Source: a virus (lineage: Duplodnaviria; Caudoviricetes). Taken from it: a stretch of DNA of 64,000 nt. The translations under genes and the position numbers were made by a program. This document shows, piece by piece, positions 39,095 through 49,200 of the stretch; the stretch's first letter is position 1, and each line of letters begins with the position of its first letter. Location of the stretch: positions 1 to 64,000 of the IMG/VR virus record IMGVR_UViG_3300031993_006627; one strand, written 5' to 3'. The notes under the pieces are model-generated. The model saw only the letters and a program-made list of their open reading frames with translations. It was not told where the DNA came from and did no database searches.

Positions 39095-39676
39095 ATGTTC
39101 GCTGAAGATGACTTCAATTTTGAGGACTTTGTCGATAATGCTGCTCGCAATGTCCGCAAGAACCTGAAGAAGGAAGAATCGCAGGAGAAATCGGAAAAGA
39201 AATCCGGGGAACAGCCTGAGAAGGGTCCCAGGATGATCAAGAGCAAGGATGGCAAGAGCGGCATCATTGCGTGCAGAACGCCGGAAGAAGCCATCGAGGC
39301 TATCAAAAAATACGGCGTGCCTGACGACGTTATGACTATCGGAGATATCCTGAATCGTATTCTCAAAGGTTCCGAGGAGTATGAACTCACAGAGGAAGAG
39401 GATAAGGAACTTGAGTCCTTGATGAAACCTCTTCAGAAGTTCTGCGACAAACACAAGCTCCCGGCCATGGTTCTTGTCCAGCATGGTAAGAGCGGGACAT
39501 CTGTTGGCATGAAGGGATTCCGGAATGCCGAGGAAGGCCGCATGGAACTCCGTATGCGCTTCATGATGCGTCTGAAGGATCTCATTTACAATGATGCCTG
39601 CTGTGCCGAGGACATGGAGGACATTGCTGAGATCTTCAATCGCATCTATGAAAGACAGGAGAAACGACATGGGTGA
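39095..39676 (+). CDS. Hypothetical protein
   Basis: RBS AAGGAG; C-terminal half resembles 39669..40001. Confidence 0.7.
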   Translation: MFAEDDFNFEDFVDNAARNVRKNLKKEESQEKSEKKSGEQPEKGPRMIKSKDGKSGIIACRTPEEAIEAIKKYGVPDDVMTIGDILNRILKGSEEYELTEEEDKELESLMKPLQKFCDKHKLPAMVLVQHGKSGTSVGMKGFRNAEEGRMELRMRFMMRLKDLIYNDACCAEDMEDIAEIFNRIYERQEKRHG

Positions 39677-40001
39677 CTGTCCGGGACGAGGTTGCCTGAC
39701 ATACAAGCTCTCTGAAGCCGACGAAAAGAAACTACAGAGAGCTGTAACCAGGCTGGAGAAGCTGTGTAAGGAACTTGTTGTTCCGGCCATGTGCGTTATC
39801 CAGGTCAGTAACAACAATCGGCACTATGGCACCATCTCCTTCAGCAACCAGGTGACAGCCAAGTCTGATCTGACTGTCGACGCCATGGTGAAGCTGGAAC
39901 ATCTCTTTTGGGGCTTTGAAGACTGCCTCAACAGGGAAGATGTCGCCGATATATGGGAGCATGTGGACGACCTCCACCAGATTTTGAAGGAGAGGAACTG
40001 A
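39669..40001 (+). CDS. Hypothetical protein
   Basis: RBS AGGAG. Confidence 0.65.
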   Translation: MGDCPGRGCLTYKLSEADEKKLQRAVTRLEKLCKELVVPAMCVIQVSNNNRHYGTISFSNQVTAKSDLTVDAMVKLEHLFWGFEDCLNREDVADIWEHVDDLHQILKERN

Positions 40002-40201
40002 TGCTCATGCCTACATCCCTTGTGGTGGGCATGGCAATCGGTGAATGGGTAGCCAAAGAATGGGATGGCTGGATGGATGGATGGACCTACACATGGGTTT
40101 ATACTCATGATCGGGACCTGTCTTTTGCTGATGGGCATTCTTCTGGCTGTCGGGGAAAAGAAACCAGAACAACAAACAACGAAGGAATCGACAATGGCTG
40201 A
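40001..40201 (+). pseudogene. Small membrane-protein gene apparently frameshifted at a (TGGA)4 tract
   Basis: Deleting one TGGA unit (40070-40085) joins it to the hydrophobic frame GFILMIGTCLLLMGILLAV. Confidence 0.5.
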
Positions 40202-40877
40202 TTGTACCAAATGCAACAGCAGTGACAACCCAATCGTGGAAGGCCCGGACTGGAGTGGAGAGAACGAGATTCAGGTTCACCGCAAATGCGAAGTCTGCGG
40301 CCATGTCCAGATCGAATATTACAAGCTCGTGCTCACTGATATTGACGACATGGGGGATCAATGAAAGCGCCTGAGAAATGCTCCAAGTGTGGAAAGGACG
40401 ATATTCAGACTTTCGAGCCTCCGCTGTTTGAGAGTGACAACCGCATCAGTGTTGTCATGCAGTGTCAGGATTGTGGGCACAAGTGGTATGAATACTTCGA
40501 TCTTACCGAGGTCGTGGAGGAGAACGACTGATGTTCATCGAAAAAGCATGTCCGCAATGTGGCAGTGAGGACATCGACATCGACTATGGACCGGAGTTCA
40601 ATCTCTTCCAGGATGATGAAGTCACCATAGGTTTCCTGTGCACGGAATGTCTTCATTTCTGGTCCAAGAACTACAAACTCACGCCAGTGGAGGATAACAA
40701 TGGCTAAAAAGAAAGAGAAACCGGTTCCCAGGATGCACTGCCCTAAATGTGGCAGCGATGACCTCGATGTGCATGAGATTAACAGAGATGATCGTAGCAT
40801 GTCCGAGGAAGTCGACTGCTGCACTTGTGGTAAATCCTGGACTGAGCACTACAAACTGGTTCTGGAGGAGATCGAAG

Positions 40878-41234
40878 ATGACGAAAATGAGTAGCCCGGA
40901 GATACCGCAGAAGGCAAAAGACCTTTGCGCCAAGCTGGAGAGGCTCGCTGAAGACAGAGGGCGCATCACGGAAGCATACCGCGCATTGCGCCATACGGAG
41001 GAGTGCATTCAGGCACAGCAGGAAGAGATCGAACAGGACCTGATGGACATTCTCAACACTGGTGACTTCGAGATACTGGACATCGGTCGGCTTCGCCTTA
41101 TCTTCCAGCCGGAGGACAAGTATAATACCAGGCCGTGGTTCGAGGTTCGCTACCCGGACTACACCGGCGTCTATACCAAGCGACACTTCCTGCGTAAGCC
41201 CGGAAACAAACGCCGGCCGAAGAAAGGAGACTGA
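40878..41234 (+). CDS. Hypothetical protein
   Basis: RBS GGAGG. Confidence 0.65.
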   Translation: MTKMSSPEIPQKAKDLCAKLERLAEDRGRITEAYRALRHTEECIQAQQEEIEQDLMDILNTGDFEILDIGRLRLIFQPEDKYNTRPWFEVRYPDYTGVYTKRHFLRKPGNKRRPKKGD

Positions 41235-42361
41235 CATGGGATTTTTACACGAATGCCCATCCTGTCACAAGGTGTGCGAGCAGAACATCTGCACAAGAAC
41301 AGATACCAAGGGATATGAGACCGAACTACTGGAATGTTCAGGTTGCAAACATACTTGGTTTGCCACGCACGTGATCACAGAAGTGAATCTGAATATCGTG
41401 ACGTGCCCAAAGTGCGGCAGTCACGAGACGGATGTCAACGAAGGCCCGTGGATCTACGACACCTACATGAAACTCAACCAGGAATGCTATGAATGCGGCC
41501 ATCTGTGGACCGGCATTTATAAACTCCCTGAGAGAATTGGTGTGGAGGATGAATCGGATCCGACGGACGCCATGGAGGATATCAAATGAAATGCCCGAAA
41601 TGCAAAAGTGAAGAGATCTATCTGGAAGACGGTCCGAACTTCGGACACGGCTGTGACGAAGAAATCTACAACGTCTGGCAGTGTGAGAAGTGCGGAGCCC
41701 GATGGGCCGCTTCCTATGAACTCAATCTCATAGACATAGAAATCCTGGAGGAAGGGAACAATGGATAAGCCCCAGTTCTTACCATGCCCGGTCTGCGGCA
41801 GTATGGTGATCGACTACACGCGAGTGCAACCGATTACAGAGCAGCAGATCGTGATCACCCAGAAATGTGAAGCCTGCGGTCATGTGTGGGAAGATACCTT
41901 CTGGGTGGAGCGCAGTACAAACCTGGAGAACTGACATGACTATGCAAACAGTATGCCCGCATTGCGGTTATGCAGCTGATTCGGCCAACCTTGCTGTCAT
42001 GGATCCACCTGATCACATGTCGTTTCTCCAATGCTGTGAACGGTGCGGCGAGTACTACACGGACCACTACAAGGTTCATTTCCTCGGTAGCTCCGCTTAT
42101 GGCTGCAACCTTTATCCGGCAGACGGTGAGACCGAAGAGTCTATGACAGCTGCCGGTGTGGAGCTCGACGACTGATGGTTATGCCACATGAATGTCTGGA
42201 GTGCGGAGAGCATTCTAATATCGGTATGGATACCACTGTACAGATGACTCCATGTGGCGAACCAAGTCGCCTGGAGTTCACATTCACGTGTCTGCGATGT
42301 AATCACCAGTGGACAGTCACCACCAAGTATTTCACCGTGGATTTCGATAGGAGACCGCCTG

Positions 42362-42733
42362 ATGAAAGGTAAACAAACAATCAACTACGAAGGCCATAAG
42401 ATCGGCGACAAGGTGTGGATCTGGGTGGGCTGGTGCAAACTGCTCACCCAGGTCGAAATCCTGGGCATGACACTCTGGTTCTATGAAGACGAACCGGATA
42501 AATCTCACCCGGATTACACGGTCAAGTTCGTTGATCCCAATGGAGAAACTCAGACCTACACGTTCCAGGAGGATGACGTCTACGACACCGCAGAGGAAGC
42601 TATCAGAGCCGCCATCAAGGAGGAAGAGACGGATCTTACTGAGAACAAGGAGATCATCCAGCGGCAGGAGTTCAGCCTTGACTGGCTCAGGCGCCGCCTT
42701 GTACAGGAGACAGCTGATGGCTCTGAAGCATAA
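42362..42733 (+). CDS. Hypothetical protein (SH3-like barrel plus coiled coil)
   Basis: KIGDKVW..; RBS AGGAG. Confidence 0.65.
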   Translation: MKGKQTINYEGHKIGDKVWIWVGWCKLLTQVEILGMTLWFYEDEPDKSHPDYTVKFVDPNGETQTYTFQEDDVYDTAEEAIRAAIKEEETDLTENKEIIQRQEFSLDWLRRRLVQETADGSEA

Positions 42734-42930
42734 GTGCCCGAAGTGCGGAGAACTGACGATCCAGATTGTGGACCACGAGTTCCGCCTCAAGGGCGTCATG
42801 ATCCTGTGGCGCATCTGTGAAAACTGCGGGCATAAGTGGCGTGAAGTCTACAACCTCAGCTTCTTCCAGGGGCTCCCGTGGATCAAGCCGCCGCATAACG
42901 ACGGAGAAGATATATTCGAGGAGGATGACG

Positions 42931-43368
42931 ATGGCTATTGAATCCATGTCGCAACTGATCCAGCATGTCAAAAATCACGACGACATCACAGGAAGATGTG
43001 CCGTGATTTTGTCGTTCTGGGCGCACTACTATGAGAAGTCGAGCCATTATCGCAGTATCTCGGTGATAGACTGGGGTCTGCATCAAGGAAAAACAGCGCT
43101 GGAAATCTCTGCCAGTTACAGAGCCTGGGACAGGACGTCCATGGCGATCAGAGGATCCAGTTTCCCAGCGATGTACCTGTTCATGCCGATAGAAGATGTC
43201 GAAGCAGACATCAAGAAACGCCGGCGTGAATACGACAAGGAGATCCGCAAGGAGCGGAAGGCGCAGGAACGTGAGGACCAGGAAAAACGAGACGCCCGGA
43301 TCGAACGGGAATATGCCGAGCTCCAGGAGCGTCGTGCTAAGAAACAAAAGAAAGGAACCAAGAAATGA
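42931..43368 (+). CDS. Hypothetical protein
   Basis: RBS GAGGAGG. Confidence 0.65.
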   Translation: MAIESMSQLIQHVKNHDDITGRCAVILSFWAHYYEKSSHYRSISVIDWGLHQGKTALEISASYRAWDRTSMAIRGSSFPAMYLFMPIEDVEADIKKRRREYDKEIRKERKAQEREDQEKRDARIEREYAELQERRAKKQKKGTKK

Positions 43369-43766
43369 AATTCCGCAAGAAACCTGTTGTCATCGAGGCT
43401 ATCCAATGGACGGGCGACAACGTTGAAGAAATCGGCGAGTTCATGACTGGTGTCCACTGGGCAATGGCAGGTGATCGCGATCCGGTTATTCCCACGCTGG
43501 AAGGGGACATGAAGGTCTCAGTGAACGACTGGATCATCAGAGGCGTGAAAGGGGAATACTATCCCTGCAAGCCCGACATCTTCGAGGCCACCTACGAGCC
43601 CGCGATGAATGAACAGTCTGTGAAATGTCCGGAGTGCGGCGGTACCACTGACCAGGATATCATTATATCCACAGAGGTCCCGCAGTACAGAAAGACCATG
43701 CAACTGCGTGTCTGCAAGCGCTGCGGCAGGGATTTCGTCACAGAGCTCTCCACAAGGGAATTCTGA
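43365..43766 (+). CDS. Conserved phage protein (KKPVVIEA..TLEG..GEYYPCKPDIF) fused to a zinc ribbon
   Basis: Recognisable widespread phage domain. Confidence 0.8.
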   Translation: MKFRKKPVVIEAIQWTGDNVEEIGEFMTGVHWAMAGDRDPVIPTLEGDMKVSVNDWIIRGVKGEYYPCKPDIFEATYEPAMNEQSVKCPECGGTTDQDIIISTEVPQYRKTMQLRVCKRCGRDFVTELSTREF

Positions 43767-44263
43767 CATGGAGACGAAATGTCCGACATGTGGTCATGAG
43801 CGCTCCATACCACTTGGAGAGCTATTTGACAACCAGCGGGGTTCTTCTGAAGGATCGCGCAAGGATGGCTTATTCGGCTTTTGGCTCATCTGTCCGGAAT
43901 GCCATGAAGCATACATGGAATGGGTCAAGGTGCAGCGTCTCGGCGTTACTGTGGACGACGCCATTGCGACCATACCGCACAGATTCTTCTACCCTGCCGA
44001 AGGGCAGACAGAGGAATCTATGGTCGCAGCAGGTGTCCAGAAACTCGGTTCTATCATGAAAGGATCTGACAAATGATTAAACCACAAGTCTGCTCCCGTT
44101 GCGGAAGCGAGAACATCTGGCGAGTCTTCAGCCATAAGGAAGGAGACGACGAATACGCCATGATGGTGACTTGCAAGAGCTGCGGCTATGATTGGCTGGA
44201 GCATTACGAAACTAGGCTGGTCCGTATCGAACTGGTGCATTTCAACAAAAAGGACTCTGACAA

Positions 44264-44527
44264 ATGACCCTGAAGATCGGAATTGGTATCCTGATTGCAG
44301 GGCTCGTGCTGATGTCGCCGGTGTTCTTCCTGCTGATACGGGATATCTTCAAGAAGATCATGAATGAGTTCAAGAGCGACTTCCCAGTAACCGCCTATGT
44401 CATCGGTGTGGCCCTGCTCATAACAGGACTGTTCGTGTGCGCCCTCGCCCTGGGGCTGCGCAACCAGAAGCAATCAGAGGCTGACGCACAACCAATGAAG
44501 GAGACAACCACCAACAATCAACCATAG
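44264..44527 (+). CDS. Two-TM membrane protein
   Basis: Hydrophobic stretches. Confidence 0.7.
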   Translation: MTLKIGIGILIAGLVLMSPVFFLLIRDIFKKIMNEFKSDFPVTAYVIGVALLITGLFVCALALGLRNQKQSEADAQPMKETTTNNQP

Positions 44528-44537
44528 GAGTACCCAA

Positions 44538-44786
44538 ATGAGCAAGAACCTGTACGGGCTGGTCTTCGTGGAAACACATGATTGCAGCCCGGAATCGTAT
44601 GATGTGTTCGACAACGGCACCAAGATAGCCACTGTGACGTATGACTGGGGGAAGATGACCTGTACGAAAAAAGGCAAGGTCGTCTATACCAGAGACGCGG
44701 AATACAACTGGCTGTCCAGATTCCGCAATGACAAGGAACGCACGGACTGGCTTGAGGATGCCGCGAGACACATCAAGGCCGCATAA
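44538..44786 (+). CDS. Hypothetical protein
   Basis: RBS AGGAG. Confidence 0.7.
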   Translation: MSKNLYGLVFVETHDCSPESYDVFDNGTKIATVTYDWGKMTCTKKGKVVYTRDAEYNWLSRFRNDKERTDWLEDAARHIKAA

Positions 44787-44821
44787 GAGCTTTGCGCCAT
44801 TACGCTGCAGGTATTGTAGCA

Positions 44822-44866
44822 CAAGGGCAGTGGTTCCAACACACGGAGCCCCTGCCCTTTCTTTTA
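44822..44866 (+). terminator. Intrinsic terminator
   Basis: AAGGGCAG..CTGCCCTT then TCTTTT. Confidence 0.7.
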
Positions 44867-44888
44867 CAATCCGCACGGGAATAAAAGA

Positions 44889-45062
44889 ATGGACGAGAAG
44901 GACTCCAGGAAGTATGGCATACCGATCTATACGCAGACACAGATGGACGAGTTGAAGAAGCTGTACATTTCACTTATCTGCGCCGCGATGTTCTTTGCGT
45001 TCTGCCTGGGATTCGTGTGCGGACATCTTGATCTCCAGAAGTTGGCGGACTTCTTCAGATAA
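44889..45062 (+). CDS. Small membrane protein (57 aa)
   Basis: MDEKDSRKY..LYISLICAAMFFAFCLGFVCG; fills a gap between hairpin terminators. Confidence 0.55.
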   Translation: MDEKDSRKYGIPIYTQTQMDELKKLYISLICAAMFFAFCLGFVCGHLDLQKLADFFR

Positions 45063-45199
45063 GGCGGCAAGGGTCTTCGACGGTTTTCCTCCTTTGCTGC
45101 CGGACGGCGGTCACTGCTTTCATCCTTTCCAGTGGCCGCTGTCTTTTATTGTAGAACGCACGCTGTTTAATGAGAACAACATAAGGAGACACTCCCACT

Positions 45200-45886
45200 A
45201 TGTCCACATACGAAGTCATACAGATGCATGATGCACAGGATTCGTCCAAGCTGCAATTCCCCAAGGTTCCGCTGGAAGCGCTGATAGAGGATGTCAACCA
45301 TCTGACAACACCCTATGGAATTCCCGCCAGAGTCACGGAGCTTCTCGCCCTGTCAGCAACAGCTCCCACTCCCACGAAGGCAGGCCAGCACTACTACAAC
45401 ACGGCAACGCACAAGATCCATACGTCGGAAACAAGCGGTGCGACATTCACATGGGATGCGGGACAGGAGCCGCAGGCAGGCATTCTCTATAAGGTGCCAC
45501 AGCAGAGTGGATCCAGCGATACTCTTTACGTAAAGAGTATCGATGCTCTGGGTATCGGGCTGCATGCGATTGGTGTGTACCAGTACAATGGCCCGTTCTG
45601 GTGTGCAGGGGTCAAGTCGGGCACGACATGGGTTGTCGCAGTGGAGTCAGGCAACGTGTACGCAGGCTGGAAGGAGTACACTGTGGCAAGGAATACCAGC
45701 GGTATCACACTGGAAGCAGGGCAGACGCTTTATCTGGTGGGGACCAACGGATCCACAGATGCCACGTTCCAATATACCACAAATGCTTCTGTCACGGGAG
45801 ACATGAGAGTCCGCATCGCATATAACAACGCAGGCAATCTTGTACAGTGTCAATACGGAGATATCCAGACGAATGCATTGACGTAA
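45200..45886 (+). CDS. Putative virion/tail-associated protein
   Basis: Thr/Gly/Ser-rich beta composition; RBS AAGGAG. Confidence 0.6.
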   Translation: MSTYEVIQMHDAQDSSKLQFPKVPLEALIEDVNHLTTPYGIPARVTELLALSATAPTPTKAGQHYYNTATHKIHTSETSGATFTWDAGQEPQAGILYKVPQQSGSSDTLYVKSIDALGIGLHAIGVYQYNGPFWCAGVKSGTTWVVAVESGNVYAGWKEYTVARNTSGITLEAGQTLYLVGTNGSTDATFQYTTNASVTGDMRVRIAYNNAGNLVQCQYGDIQTNALT

Positions 45887-45980
45887 TATTCCACTCCAGG
45901 TGGAAAATCCCGGTAGTGTTACGCCGCTTCTATTGTAACACGATACTCTCTTATAATGGTTGCAACCCAGGAGATTCAAC

Positions 45981-46280
45981 ATGTATGACACAAAGCCCGA
46001 ATTGATCGGCATCTACAACAACGGCGTGAAAGGCGGCGGTGGAGGCGGCGGTGGCTCCGGAAGCACAATCACCATCACAGTACCGAATGCTACTCTCACG
46101 GATCCCGGTGTCGTTGTTACCGGGAATACCACCAGTGAAAGCGTCACCAGCGAAACTGTCAATGTCGTTCCTACTATGTGGTGGTTCCAGCAGGAAGTTG
46201 CCCGGCTGGACCTTCGCATCGACAACGCACAGGGAACTGTGATGTACACCAAAATCGCACAATATCCACCTGAAGACTAA
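45981..46280 (+). CDS. Small Gly/Thr-rich protein, probably structural
   Basis: RBS AGGAG; poly-Gly linker. Confidence 0.6.
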   Translation: MYDTKPELIGIYNNGVKGGGGGGGGSGSTITITVPNATLTDPGVVVTGNTTSESVTSETVNVVPTMWWFQQEVARLDLRIDNAQGTVMYTKIAQYPPED

Positions 46281-46292
46281 AGGAGTCTACAT

Positions 46293-49200
46293 ATGAGCCA
46301 AGTTTACATGACAGCGAAACTCAATCTCGCGGATGGCACTATCATCTATCCGCAGGTTTCCTTGGATAATATCGTCGCCAGCATCAGCAACCCCACGCTG
46401 GTGTCCGTGGCTACTACGGCAGATGTGTCTGCACAGATGTCAACCAAACAAGATACACTTACGGAGGGTCCTGGCGTGCAAATCCTTAACGGCAGCACCA
46501 TTTCTTTCAACGGCACCACGCTGGATGTCACCACCATCATGGAGACAGAGAGCAATGGTGTGCACCTTTCTCTGGATGGGGCCAACGTCAGCGTCGTGGC
46601 TAACCTTGCTGCCAACGACAGCGCCGGTGTTATTGCCGGTGCGGCTGATGGTGTCACACTGGATAATGGCGTCGTGAAGGCGAATATCGGCGACGGTCTG
46701 CTGGTTGAAGACAGCCAGATTGCTATTGATGAAGCCACCGTGGAGCAGGTTCTCCAGGGCGGTACTGCTACATGGACGGAAGGTGCCGGCGGCTGGTCCC
46801 AGTCTGTTGTGCTCGCCGATGACAAGGTGGACACTCCGGCGAATCTGCGTGGCGCTCTTTCCGTGGGACAGGCTGTAGATGTCAGCTGTGCGCCGTATAA
46901 CAACAGCGGCAGTATCGTTTATGTGAACGATGATTTCCTTCAGGGCTTTACAGCCACGATGGTCAATGGCACCAAGGTCGGGTTCTACGATACCACGACG
47001 CACAGGTTCCCGAAGTTTGCCGACGGTCTGGTCTACCTTTTCATTGCCAATGTTTCGGGTTCAGGCACGGTTACACCGAATGGTGCATCCGCTGTTACAC
47101 TGTCCGATACGCCGCAGCGCATTTGGACGAAGGTAACGGCAGCTGACTCCGGCTACATCTCCGCATCTGCCAACGCGACCATGACTGTAACCAACTGGCG
47201 CCAGTATGAAGTCACCGCGCTCACAGACGAAGCCATCGCTTACATCGCCAGTCTTCCGGATCCCGACCAGTTCTTCCGCAGCTCCACGATCTTCCAGGTC
47301 CGCGACAAGTACCTCGTGAAGCAGGACATGGTCTGCCCCTGGATCTATACCATCGGCATGCCCGACAACAGCGATCTTACGGTCGCCGCCGGTCTGAGCT
47401 ACAAGATCAAGTATACCAATGACAATCCGCACAAGATCACCGTGGATACCATCCCCACGGATGCCTACGGCTGGGATACTCACGTGCAGATGTTCATCAA
47501 GGGTACATCTTCCATCCAGTTCCAGCACCCGCTGATCCTGATGGACGCTCTTACGCCGAATGCCGGCCACAACCTGATCATCAAGTACCGCAACGGCGAT
47601 GCCCTGGTGTACGTGGATGACACCAACGCCGGTAACATAGTGGTCGCAGCCACAGGTACGACTGCAGGCACACTGAACTACTTCCTTCAGCAGGATCCCG
47701 GCAGTGGCAATGAAAACTATATCATCTTTGCGCCTGCTACCGATGGTCTTACCTGTGATGCCGGTACAGTGTCCGTGGCTTATAATACGGATATTCTCGG
47801 CAACGGCATGGACAAGACGGCGATCAGCGGCATCTGTACCATCGGATACAACAAGGTCATGAATCTGCAGGACCTGACGATCAGCGGCAGCACGATCAAT
47901 GGAGCCGGAACGGTGAACTTTGATAATGTTTCGCTGAGTAACGTTGATTTGTCCGTTACGGTCAGCGAATACGGCACAGTTATTGTTCCGGCGGGCAGCA
48001 CAGTTACGGGCAGCGGATACTTTCTTAAAGGTAAGTCACTTATTATAAATGGTACTCTATACAAAAAGGGTGCAAAGTCCCATTTTATAGATGGTGACGG
48101 GACCGGCGTGATCGACGGCGGCGGCTCTATGAGTGATCTTATCAGTCTCTATCTGTCCAACGAGAGTTATATTATAAAAAACATAACGGTCACAGGAGGT
48201 TCCTCCTCGACGTCCGGCGGCGCATCCTGGGTCACAGATATAAAAGACGCCTATTTCTATAACTGCACTTTCCAGGGAAATACAGCGAGTTCTGCCAGCA
48301 GAGATTTTTACTTGAAGGTGATAACTGGGGAAATCGTTTTTGATGGGTGCAAGTTCTTGGACGAGTATCCTATCATGCATACCAATTCCTGCAACGTGCT
48401 GAAGATTGTTGACTGCACTTTTACGGCTCAGATCAGAATCATCACCACCGCTCCAAGTGGCTCAACACCATCATACAGGGGCAAACTGATTTTTGCCGGC
48501 ACAAATAAGATTAACAGTCGTATCTGTGGCCCCAGCACAGCCGCCAGTTATAACTATATAGGCTGTGACACTTATCTGTCTGCTGGAAGTGTACTGGATT
48601 TTATGGATTATGCATTACCCGTGACTACCGCGTTTCTTACCTATACAAGTTTTGCAGAGGCCAACTCACTTGGGAAATACATCTTTGTTTCCGACGATGT
48701 TTCCGTGATATCGCCCGGTGGTACGACCGCTTCCATAGACGGATGCAGGATTGACGGTTTGTTTGTGACTGGTATGGTCAGAAACATTGAAGATGGCGTC
48801 GTTACGATTACCGGCTCCACTGCAAATCCGTGGAAAGCGACCAACGTCATCTTTGCCTCACCCCTCGATGCTTCCGCCGCTTCCACGGTCAAGCTCTCCG
48901 GCACCACGTTCACCAGTGGCTCCCTTATTTCCGGTCAGCCTACCCGTATCCAGCTGCCTGCGTCTACTACCGTCAGCCTCTCCGGCAATACCAACGCGGC
49001 TGACACCAAGATCATTCAGGCACCGATCATCGTGGTCGGCGACGATCCGGCTGCTCCGAGCGGCAGCGCCACTGTTGTCAACGCGGCCGGTACCACCAGC
49101 ACTATCAGCGGCATCGGCACCTACATCGACAAGGAAGGCGACAACGACTTTGTGGCTAATAATTCCACTAATGTTGTTCCAGTTGATAATTCTACTACTG

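Larger units (their letters stand above)
40194..44267 (+). repeat. Tandem family of ~13 zinc-ribbon mini-genes/domains: 40194-40364, 40361-40531, 40531-40707, 40700-40894, 41236-41589 (two domains), 41586-41768, 41761-41934, 41936-42175, 42175-42372, 42717-42941, C-terminus of 43365-43766, 43768-44076, 44073-44267
   Basis: Each has CxxC-x(~20-30)-CxxC, usually followed by xxxW..Y(K/E)L; genes are translationally coupled. Confidence 0.85.

Noticed and set aside
46032-46060. GGC-rich repeat
   Set aside because: It simply encodes a poly-Gly linker.
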